From Lachnospiraceae bacterium (GTDB lineage Bacteria > Bacillota > Clostridia > Lachnospirales > Lachnospiraceae), in NCBI GenBank assembly GCA_028724245.1, contig JAQYDI010000161.1, positions 12,839 to 76,838 of the forward strand: a stretch of 64,000 nucleotides of DNA, read 5' to 3'. Shown in pieces: positions 29,009-37,508 of this stretch; the first letter of the stretch is position 1, and each line of letters starts with the position of its first letter. The notes beneath the pieces were generated by a model, which was not told the origin of the DNA, searched no databases, and was given only the letters and a program-made list of their open reading frames with translations. The position numbers and the translations under genes were made by a program.

Positions 29009-31579
29009 TCAGACTTCGCTTATGCCGCACACGCTCCGGCCTTTTTCCATATCGTAATACAGTGTCAGTCCCGTGTCTTCTGTCTGATATACATGCACCA
29101 TATCCTTTAAATGTCTGTACGATTCCGGCAGATCACACAATTTTCCAATGCCGGAAAGCAGTTTTTCCCGCTTTTGTGCGCCTTCTTTGCCTGTTTTAAG
29201 CAAAGCGGTGTAAAAAATCTCCGCTTCTACCAGATCCTGGAACATATGGCTGCCGAAAGACAGTTCCGGCGAATATCCGGACTGGTCATCGTCCATCTCC
29301 ACAATGGCGCAGAACTGGGAAATTCCTGCAAATTTCACCGGTATGCCCAGCTCCGGCGATGAAGTTCCGATTCTTCCGGGCACCATCAGCAGTACATTTT
29401 TCCCGCCTCCCCGGAACGAAGTATTGATGGCGGTCAGAAGATCCGCCACCTCCGGCTTCTGTTTGTAAGGATAATCGTAGTAGGCTTTCGCATCAACCAT
29501 CACAACGGCATCCAGCTTTTTCTGCTGCGGTTTCCCCATGGAACTGCCTGTCGTTTCAAACAAAATCTGTTCCTGCGGTATATGAGGGATTTCAATTTTT
29601 CCTTCCCCGGAAAATACCTGCAGCGGTCTGCACTGAAGCAGGCAGATCACATACTCTTTCTTTTCGTTGGAATTAACGGTAAACTCGATATCCACCGGGT
29701 AGGTATATTCACGTTCCAGCGTGGCCAGAATCTGTTCCATATCCTTCAGGAACTGTTTGTCTTCCACATATCCGCGGCAGGTTCCAAAACAGATATCCCG
29801 GCGTACACCTCTTGTATTGTAATAATTCTGTTCCATCTCCCTGTCATGCTCCAGTACCAGATTATGATACCACCGGGGAGTTACTTTCATCATTTCCTCC
29901 AGAGAAATTTCCACCACGCCCTTTTTCTCCAGATGGATCACATCCAGCTTTCTCTGGGAAAATCTCACTTTTTCGTTCATGGTTGTCAGATACGTATGCT
30001 CCGGTTTATCAATATGTATGATCCTGGGATAATCATTATCAGTCCGGTCAACAGCCCGTGTACCCAGACCATAGACCATACGGAGCATGCCCTTCCGGGG
30101 ATCCAGATTCTGACTGCACCCGTATGTATCGTAGGAATATCCCACTCCGGCTGCCGAAGGGAAGAAATAATTCCCATGCATGGAACCGGAAACTCTCTGT
30201 ACCAGAATAGACATCTGTTCTTCCAGCGTATCCAGCCCCCGGTTTCTTCTGTATTCCAGAGCTGACGGATCCACTGCACTGGCATAAACGATCCGGATCG
30301 CATCCTCCAGCTTCTCCAGCCGTTCCTCCAGCGTTCCCTGATTGGCGCAGAAAACCGATTCATATTTCCCTGCAAATGCATTGCCGAATCCATCCTCCAG
30401 CATGCTGCTGGACCGGGCAATGATCGGCGCCTGACCGTAATATTCCAGCATCCGGCGCAGCTGGCTGCGGATTGCCTCCGGAAATGCACCGTGCAGGATT
30501 CCATCGGAAAGCTGCCCTGCCAGTTCATAATATCCGTCCTCTTCCTTCTGAGCTACATGAAGATCCCACAGTTTGTTGTAAACGAGATATGTATAAAATA
30601 CATGACTTCCGATATAAAAAGAATCATGAGGCTCCATCCGGTAAGACAGTTCAGGCAGACATTTCTGAACAATACTGCGTGACAGAAGCATACCACAGGA
30701 TTTGCCGCCGATCTTCCCGCTTCCGATCAACCGGTCTTTCACCTGATAATAATCTTTTATCTCAAAAAACCTTCCAAACATCTCCCGGATTTTCGGGTCT
30801 TTCGTCATCATCATCCTGCAGAAATTTGATTTGATTTCCTCCTCCTGCGAAGGCTCATATATCCGTGATTTCTGGAAATAACGTTCCCAGCTGTCCAGAT
30901 TCTGATCCTCCGTACTCAGGTACCGTCCAACCACCGCATAATACCGGCTCATGCTCACGGAATCCGTCAGCGTAGTGAAAACCTTTTCCTGTTTATCGGC
31001 CCGATGGGGTAAAAACATGGTAGCCGAATAACGGTTCCAGACCTTCACCGGATGCAGATAAATATTCTTTTCATCTGAATAAACATCAAGAAAAAGCTGT
31101 GTGGTCTCCTGAATCCGGGCGATGGTTTCATGGGAATGATCGCCCCGGATCACCGGAAACATAGCCACCGTATCCAGAATGAACAGGAACGGACAGGTCA
31201 CGCAGAAGAAATTGCCCATCATCAGATCCGCTGCCCAGGCTACCTGAAGCTCCGAAAGACAGTCAAATACATAAAAGGCATCCCTCCCTTCTTTTTCAAT
31301 GATCCGATGGACCCGGATTGTAAACTGTTCAAATCCTTCCCCCGGATCAAGGCAATACCATCTGGCATCCTCGTTCTTCACCAGAGGTGCATGACTGGCA
31401 AACCGAAAATAGATCAGATTTCTTCCGTCCTTTTTAGCCTGTTCCACATAAGGTTCCACAAAAAAGCGAAATTCATCCATATCTGTAACCTGAATCACCA
31501 CATTATCCCCCAGACGGATATAATCCAGAACCTGATCCATGCTGGGATATCCCGATAACACCCTGTCAAATGCCGCCAT
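29009..31579 (-). CDS. PEP/pyruvate-binding (PPDK_N-like) domain protein with extra N-terminal domain
   Basis: IGGKSCGM, IARSSSMLEDGFGNAFAGKYES, GLGTRAV, PVDIEF, LLQCRP; GGGAGG RBS before MAAFDRV. Confidence 0.85.
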   Translation of the reverse strand: MAAFDRVLSGYPSMDQVLDYIRLGDNVVIQVTDMDEFRFFVEPYVEQAKKDGRNLIYFRFASHAPLVKNEDARWYCLDPGEGFEQFTIRVHRIIEKEGRDAFYVFDCLSELQVAWAADLMMGNFFCVTCPFLFILDTVAMFPVIRGDHSHETIARIQETTQLFLDVYSDEKNIYLHPVKVWNRYSATMFLPHRADKQEKVFTTLTDSVSMSRYYAVVGRYLSTEDQNLDSWERYFQKSRIYEPSQEEEIKSNFCRMMMTKDPKIREMFGRFFEIKDYYQVKDRLIGSGKIGGKSCGMLLSRSIVQKCLPELSYRMEPHDSFYIGSHVFYTYLVYNKLWDLHVAQKEEDGYYELAGQLSDGILHGAFPEAIRSQLRRMLEYYGQAPIIARSSSMLEDGFGNAFAGKYESVFCANQGTLEERLEKLEDAIRIVYASAVDPSALEYRRNRGLDTLEEQMSILVQRVSGSMHGNYFFPSAAGVGYSYDTYGCSQNLDPRKGMLRMVYGLGTRAVDRTDNDYPRIIHIDKPEHTYLTTMNEKVRFSQRKLDVIHLEKKGVVEISLEEMMKVTPRWYHNLVLEHDREMEQNYYNTRGVRRDICFGTCRGYVEDKQFLKDMEQILATLEREYTYPVDIEFTVNSNEKKEYVICLLQCRPLQVFSGEGKIEIPHIPQEQILFETTGSSMGKPQQKKLDAVVMVDAKAYYDYPYKQKPEVADLLTAINTSFRGGGKNVLLMVPGRIGTSSPELGIPVKFAGISQFCAIVEMDDDQSGYSPELSFGSHMFQDLVEAEIFYTALLKTGKEGAQKREKLLSGIGKLCDLPESYRHLKDMVHVYQTEDTGLTLYYDMEKGRSVCGISEV

Positions 31580-31794
31580 AATATACCTCCCTTTCCGAAA
31601 GCTGTTCATAAATTTCCCATGGAATGATTGTAGCATATTTGATTGTGTATCGGTATTATTTTCTGTTATTATATGGTTTATACATTAATTTTCTGTTAAT
31701 TTCAACAAGAATATCAGTAAAAATCGGTCATGCGGTATTTTTATTTTTACTTCTTTTATTATAACTTCGCTTATTTTTACTTTTACCTTTAATT

Positions 31795-33327
31795 TTACTT
31801 CCGGATTATTCTTCCGCAGTCCGGTTCCAGAATGCCGGTAGCCACATGCTCAACAAATGCCTGATCATGTTCTACAAATATCATGGTCGGAGCATATCTG
31901 CAGATCACCTGCTCCAGTTGCATACGTGAAAAAACATCAATATAATTCAATGGTTCATCCCATATGTACAGATTGGCCGGTTTACACAAACTGCCTGCCA
32001 GAAGTACTTTTTTCTTCTGTCCTTCGGAGTAGGTTTCCATCCTTTTATCAAACTGCGTCCGCTCAAAATCAAGCTGGCGAAGTACCGTCAGAAACAGCGT
32101 ATAATCCATGCCGCAGGCTTAAGCATAATCCCGCAGACTTCCTGACAGGAAACCGGCACTCTGGGGGATATAGGATATACTGAGTCCTCCGGAAAGTTCT
32201 ATAGAACCTCTTAATATCCCTTCCGAAAGCTGTCCCAGAACCGCTTTCAGCAAAGTGGATTTACCGCATCCGTTTCTTCCCTGAAGCGCCAGCCGCTCCC
32301 CTTCATGCAGATCAAAAGACAGATTCCGTATAATCGGCGGCTGATCCGTATATCCGATTGTAACTTCTTTTACCTCCAGATAACGTTTTTTATGGAACGG
32401 TACGGGATTCATTTTCAATTCTGACACCTGCTCCACATTTTTCATCAGCCCCTGTTTTTCCTCAATTTCCTTCTGGATCCTGTTTTCCAGATTTTTTCTC
32501 CTCTGCTGCATTCTTCTGGATTTCTCAGCCAGATAGGATCGTGTGCTGATATTGCGTTCCGGTTCTTTACGGGGATCAAAACCGATTTTCCGCCCTTCCA
32601 CTTTATCAGCCCAGCGGCTGGCCTGTCCTGCCGACTGCTCCAGACGCCCGATTTCTTTCCTGATCCGTTCATTCTGCGCAGTCTCAAATGCATCCTGCCT
32701 CTGCTTATTCTCCCACCATGTACTGAAATTGCTCTGGAACACTTCAATCGTTGCCCGGTTGATCACCAGAAGATGGTCAATACACGCATCCAGAAAATTT
32801 CGGTCGTGGGAAACCAGAATAAAACCACTTTTCTTTTTCAGATATTTTTCTATCATCTTCTTGCTTTCCTGATCCAGATGATTGGTGGGCTCATCCAGCA
32901 AAAGAAATGTGTACTCCAGAGAAAACAGAAATGCCAGTTCTGCTCTTGTCCGCTCCCCATAACTTAAGGTGCAGTAGGGACGGTACAGCAGCTCCGCATC
33001 CATATCCAGCAGATTCAGTTCCACACAGACCCGCCATAATTCATATTCGGGATACAGATTTCCCAGACAGTCAATTGTCAGCTGTTCTTTCTCCTTTTCT
33101 GTCAGGGAAAGAGGAAAATACCGAAACTGCACCTTTCCACAGTCTATGCTTCCTCCATATTCATACTGTCCCTGCAGAAGCCGGAAAAAAGTTGTTTTTC
33201 CACATCCGTTTCTGCCGGTAAGTCCCAGCTTCCAATCCGTATCCAGCTGGAAATTCGCATGATCAAACACCATGTCGCCGCTGCTTTCATATGCAAAAGA
33301 AAGATTTCTAACCGTAATCAATGACAT
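31795..33327 (-). pseudogene. Lsa/CplR-like ABC-F ribosomal protection protein interrupted by one in-frame TAA
   Basis: GRNGCGKTT, LDEPTNHLD, second Walker A GRNGCGKST. The frame reads ...GAT TAT GCT TAA GCC TGC GGC ATG GAT... (stop 32119-32121) and continues in frame to SEGQKKKV / WDEPLNYID / VEHD, typical of Lsa-type proteins. Confidence 0.85.
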
Positions 33328-33393
33328 AAATATTCCTCCATTCCTACCTGGAGAAAGGGAGCTTTCGTATAACAGGGAAATATGCAATTTCCT

Positions 33394-33421
33394 TAAAATA
33401 AAAAGGCGCAGACCTGCGCCT
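33394..33421 (-). terminator. Attenuator terminator in the ABC-F leader
   Basis: AGGCGCAG-GT-CTGCGCCT followed by TTTTATTTT, about 70 nt before the start codon. Confidence 0.75.
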
Positions 33422-33651
33422 GCACCTGAAATACGAACCATATACAATATTCCTCTGATATCTGTACTGTCAATACAAACATGACAACAGTATAAACCAT
33501 ATAAATAATTGATATCAGAATGACTGTGATACTGTATCTTCTTACTCTTTCTGCAGGCATCATAAATAAGCCGTTTTTCAGTCAGATGTCAATTACTGAA
33601 AAACAGTTACATACACAACCTACGGATCTGTAAATCAGCAGATCCGGTAAA

Positions 33652-33675
33652 CTATCTGCAGAAAGAAATAATCAT
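33652..33675 (-). CDS. Leader peptide (uORF) MIISFCR of the ABC-F attenuator
   Basis: GAAGGGTGGTG RBS-like sequence, then ATG ATT ATT TCT TTC TGC AGA TAG; overlaps an 11-bp pairing arm. Confidence 0.6.
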   Translation of the reverse strand: MIISFCR

Positions 33676-33749
33676 TCCAGCACCACCCTTCAAAATAATC
33701 CAAACAATTCAGACAGTTAAACTTCTGCCAGACTGTCATGTCCTTTATA

Positions 33750-33778
33750 AAAATATCAGACAAACCCACAGATGTCAA
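33750..33778 (-). promoter_or_regulatory. Sigma-A promoter of the ABC-F leader
   Basis: TTGACA-17 nt-TATTTT. Confidence 0.6.
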
Positions 33779-33817
33779 CAGCATTTAATCATTATTTGTG
33801 GTATACTGGCTGTAAGT

Positions 33818-33879
33818 GTTACTGTTTCGACTTCGGCCTGAAGAGGAAAAGGCTGTGAGGCAGAAGCCTGAACAGTAAC
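33818..33879. mobile_element. Palindromic MITE/REP-like element (subfamily B)
   Basis: GTTACTGTTTCGACTTCGGCCT...AGGCAGAAGCCTGAACAGTAAC; closely similar to the reverse complement of 58642-58692. Confidence 0.75.
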
Positions 33880-33914
33880 CTGCAGTTTCATTTTCCATCA
33901 GGAGGATATTTTAT

Positions 33915-35621
33915 ATGAAAAGCAATATTGATTTGAAAAATATACTTACTGCTATCAACCGCAGAAGCTACCCTGCCTATAAGGATACAAGGGGCAGTTA
34001 TCAGTTCGGTGATTATATTCTGAACATCGACCACGTACAGGGTGATCCCTTTGCTGCTCCTTCCCGGATCAGCATTCTGGTTCCCGCAAGCAGGGCAGGA
34101 TTCCCGGCAGAACTGTATGATCTGCCCCATAAGAGAATCGCTCTGCAGGACCATCTGATTCGCTTGTTCCACCGGGAGATTGAAAAGTACAATTTCAAGG
34201 CGAAAGGCTCCGGCAAAAGCGGTCTGATCGCCATCAGCCGACCCGGTCAGGAAGTGCTGGAAAGAAGTGCATGCTGCATTTCACCGGAGAAAGGGGACGT
34301 TCTTGTCCGCATGGAGGTGGGATTTCCTGCCAATGGACGTACCATCAATTCAACGGAGCTGATCAGAATCCTTTTTGAGTTCCTTCCGGACTGCATCAGA
34401 AAGACGCTGTACTGCAGAAGTCTGGATCAGAAGCAGCTGATTTCCGTGATTCATCTGGCGGAAGATCAGGAATTCATCCGCAGACAGCTGAAATCTCTGG
34501 ATCTGACGGCATTTGTTGCCAACGGTTCGATTCTCCCCAGAGAAAGCGGTATTTCCCAGCGCCCCATGAGGGGAGCGGTGCCGTTTGTATCCCCTGCTTC
34601 CATGGAGATTACCATGGAGCTTCCCCACAGAGGACTCCTGAAAGGGATGGGGATCCGAAAGGGCATCACGCTGATCGTGGGCGGCGGATACCACGGCAAG
34701 TCTACGCTTCTGAAAGCGCTGGAACTGGGTGTATACAATCATATCGCAGGCGACGGACGCGAATTTGTGATCACGGACGCTTCCGCTGTGAAGATCCGTG
34801 CCGAGGATGGGCGCAGTATTCAGAATACTGATATTTCCATGTTTATCAGCAATCTGCCCAATGGAAAGGATACGCACGCTTTCTGTACGGAAGACGCCAG
34901 CGGAAGCACCTCTCAGGCCGCCAATGTGATGGAAGCCATAGAAGCCGGAACTTCGCTTTTTCTGATCGATGAAGATACCTGCGCCACCAATTTCATGATT
35001 CGCGACGAGTTGATGCAGAGGGTGGTTCATCGGGATCAGGAACCGATTACACCGTTTATCGAAAGGGTTCGGATGCTGTTTCAGACGCAGGGGATTTCTT
35101 CCATTATGGTGGCCGGAAGTTCCGGTTCCTACTTTCATGTAGCCGACTGCATTATTCAGATGGACCGCTATATTCCGAAAGATATCACCGCCTTCGCCAG
35201 AGAAGAAGCTGCCCGTTTTCCTGCTCTGGAAATCCCGGAAGCAGAAGTTCCCATGCCCTGCTTTAACAGGATTCCCCGGGCTGCAAAGGGATTTCGCGGC
35301 AGTGACCGGATCAAGATGAAGACACTGGGAAAAGATGCATTTTCCATCAACCGGGACACCGTGGATCTGCGCTATGTGGAACAGCTGGCAGACAGCGAAC
35401 AGACTGCGGCCCTCTCTTTTATGCTGAAATATGCCCAGCTGCATTACTGCGATGGCAGAAGGAATCTGCGTGAGATTGTTAATGAATTGATGAATCTGGT
35501 TCATGATAAGGGACTGGAAGCACTGGCAGATGGTTCCTGGCTTGGTTCCGATCTGGCCATGCCCCGCCCTCAGGAAGTGTTTGCCTGCTTCAACCGTTAT
35601 CGCGGACAGGCATGGAAGTAA
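33915..35621 (+). CDS. Predicted ATPase of the ABC class (ABC_ATPase family), function unknown
   Basis: HVQGDPFAAPS, GGGYHGKSTLL, IRAEDGR, ASGSTSQA, LIDEDTCATNFMIRD; AGGAGG RBS. Confidence 0.88.
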   Translation: MKSNIDLKNILTAINRRSYPAYKDTRGSYQFGDYILNIDHVQGDPFAAPSRISILVPASRAGFPAELYDLPHKRIALQDHLIRLFHREIEKYNFKAKGSGKSGLIAISRPGQEVLERSACCISPEKGDVLVRMEVGFPANGRTINSTELIRILFEFLPDCIRKTLYCRSLDQKQLISVIHLAEDQEFIRRQLKSLDLTAFVANGSILPRESGISQRPMRGAVPFVSPASMEITMELPHRGLLKGMGIRKGITLIVGGGYHGKSTLLKALELGVYNHIAGDGREFVITDASAVKIRAEDGRSIQNTDISMFISNLPNGKDTHAFCTEDASGSTSQAANVMEAIEAGTSLFLIDEDTCATNFMIRDELMQRVVHRDQEPITPFIERVRMLFQTQGISSIMVAGSSGSYFHVADCIIQMDRYIPKDITAFAREEAARFPALEIPEAEVPMPCFNRIPRAAKGFRGSDRIKMKTLGKDAFSINRDTVDLRYVEQLADSEQTAALSFMLKYAQLHYCDGRRNLREIVNELMNLVHDKGLEALADGSWLGSDLAMPRPQEVFACFNRYRGQAWK

Positions 35622-35695
35622 AATTCAACCACTGCCGCACGCAGGCGTGGATGTGAGATTTCAACCACTGCCGCACACAGGCGTGGATGTGGGAT
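35589..35695 (+). repeat. 36-bp tandem repeat (two near-identical copies plus a degenerate copy that is the gene 3' end)
   Basis: TTCAACCACTGCCGCAC(G/A)CAGGCGTGGATGTG(A/G)GAT at 35624-35659 and 35660-35695; related TTCAACC...CAGGCATGGAAGT at 35589-35623. Confidence 0.85.
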
Positions 35696-35729
35696 TTACA
35701 GCAGCCCGGCCGAGCCGGACTGCCGGCTG

Positions 35730-37508
35730 TCAGTTCTGAAACTGGCTGTAATACAGTTCACTGTAGAACCCGCCTCCGGCAAGAAGTTCCTCATGACTGC
35801 CCTGTTCAACGATATGCCCGTCTCTCATGACAAGGATGACATCCGCATTCTGGATGGTGGAAAGACGGTGCGCCACAATAAAGCTGGTACGCCCTTTCAT
35901 CATCCGGGCAAAGGTTTCCTGAATCTTCAGTTCCGTTCGGGTATCAATGGATGATGTGGCTTCATCCAGAATCAGCATGGGAGGAAGACAGAGCATCACA
36001 CGCGTTATGCACAGAAGCTGCTTCTGACCCTGTGAAAGCATACCTCCGTCTTCTCCGATAACGGTATCATATCCCTGGGGCAGACGCCGGATAAAAGAAT
36101 GGGCATGGGAGGCTTTTGCGGCTGCAATGATTTCTTCTTCCGTCGCATCCGGTTTGCCCATGATGATATTGTCCCGGATGGTTCCGGCCTTCAGCCAGGT
36201 TTCCTGCAGTACCATGCCGTAATTGGTCCGCAGACTTTTTCTGGTGTAATCCCTGATATCAGTTCCATCTACCCGGATACTGCCTGCATCCACATCATAG
36301 AAACGCATCAGCAGATTAATGATCGTAGTCTTGCCGCAGCCGGTAGGACCTACCAGCGCCACGCGCTGACCGGGTTTTACCGCCAGATTCAGATTCTCGA
36401 TCAGCGGCTTGTCCAGCACATAGGAAAAATTTACATGATCCAGTTCCACGTTGCCCCGGGTATGCTCCAGCGTCTGTGCTGTTTCCGGCTCGGGTATCTG
36501 TGCTTCTTCCTCAATCAGGCTGAAGATTCTTGCCGCACATGCAATGGCATTCTGCAGTTCGGTAATTACCCCCGAGATTTCATTAAAGGGCTTTGTATAC
36601 TGATTTGCATAGCTCAGAAAACTGGACAGATTACCGACGGTCATGCCGCCCGACAATACTGTCAGTGCTCCTGCAAGGGCCACTGCTGCATATACCACAT
36701 TGTTGACAAAACGTGTGGCCGGGTTGGTCAGTGATGAGAAGAAAGTTGCCTTCAGAGAACATGTTTCCAGACGGCCATTGATTTCATCAAAACGCTCCAG
36801 CGCCCGGTCTCCGTATCCGAATGCCTGCACCACCTTTTCATTTCCGATCATTTCATCGATCAGTGCGGTCTGTTCTCCTCTGGTTACAGACTGCTGCTGA
36901 AACATGGAATACGTATTTTTTGCCACAAAATTGGCAATGACAAAGGAAAGCGGTGTCAGCAGAACCACGATAAGAGTAATCTGTACATGAATCGTCAGCA
37001 TAAAAACCAGCGTTCCGCCGATGGTTACGATTCCCGTGAAAAACTGTGTAAAACCCATCAGCAGGCCATCTGCAAACTGGTCAACATCCGCGATAACACG
37101 GCTGACAATTTCCCCGTAAGCATGGGAATCAATATATTTCAGCGGAAGAATCTGTATCTTCCGGAATGCCTCCTCACGTATATCATGGACGACATGATAT
37201 GTGATATGATTGTTCATGATATTCATGACCCACTGACAGATCCCGGTCACTGCCACAGCCGCTGCTACCCTGAAAAGGATCCTGCCGACTGCCGCAAAGT
37301 CTACCTTTCCCGCAGCAATGATATTGTCAATGGCACGTCCGATCAGGATCGGTACATACAGTGTCAGTACCACCGTTACCACTGCCAGAATCAACGAGAC
37401 TGCCAGAAATCCCCAGTAACGCCGGATATAATGCAGAACCTTTCCTATGGTTCCCTTACGGTTGCTTTGCCCTTCAGAAACTGTTTTTCTGTTTTTTGCT
37501 TCTGCCAT
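35730..37508 (-). CDS. ABC exporter, fused permease/ATPase subunit
   Basis: TM domain, GPTGCGKTT, LSQGQKQL, ILDEATSSID, VAHRLST. Confidence 0.93.
   Translation of the reverse strand: MAEAKNRKTVSEGQSNRKGTIGKVLHYIRRYWGFLAVSLILAVVTVVLTLYVPILIGRAIDNIIAAGKVDFAAVGRILFRVAAAVAVTGICQWVMNIMNNHITYHVVHDIREEAFRKIQILPLKYIDSHAYGEIVSRVIADVDQFADGLLMGFTQFFTGIVTIGGTLVFMLTIHVQITLIVVLLTPLSFVIANFVAKNTYSMFQQQSVTRGEQTALIDEMIGNEKVVQAFGYGDRALERFDEINGRLETCSLKATFFSSLTNPATRFVNNVVYAAVALAGALTVLSGGMTVGNLSSFLSYANQYTKPFNEISGVITELQNAIACAARIFSLIEEEAQIPEPETAQTLEHTRGNVELDHVNFSYVLDKPLIENLNLAVKPGQRVALVGPTGCGKTTIINLLMRFYDVDAGSIRVDGTDIRDYTRKSLRTNYGMVLQETWLKAGTIRDNIIMGKPDATEEEIIAAAKASHAHSFIRRLPQGYDTVIGEDGGMLSQGQKQLLCITRVMLCLPPMLILDEATSSIDTRTELKIQETFARMMKGRTSFIVAHRLSTIQNADVILVMRDGHIVEQGSHEELLAGGGFYSELYYSQFQN

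Noticed and set aside
32119-32121. Programmed readthrough or selenocysteine/pyrrolysine recoding in the ABC-F gene
   Set aside because: The codon is TAA, not TGA or TAG, and no recoding structure is evident.
34350-35504. Long antisense ORFs (also 43776-44933, 18966-20027, 52685-53644, 61865-62887)
   Set aside because: They shadow well-supported genes on the opposite strand and have no recognisable motifs.
35589-35695. 36-bp repeat as a mini CRISPR array
   Set aside because: Units are directly adjacent with no spacers, no cas genes are present, and the unit resembles the upstream gene's 3' end.
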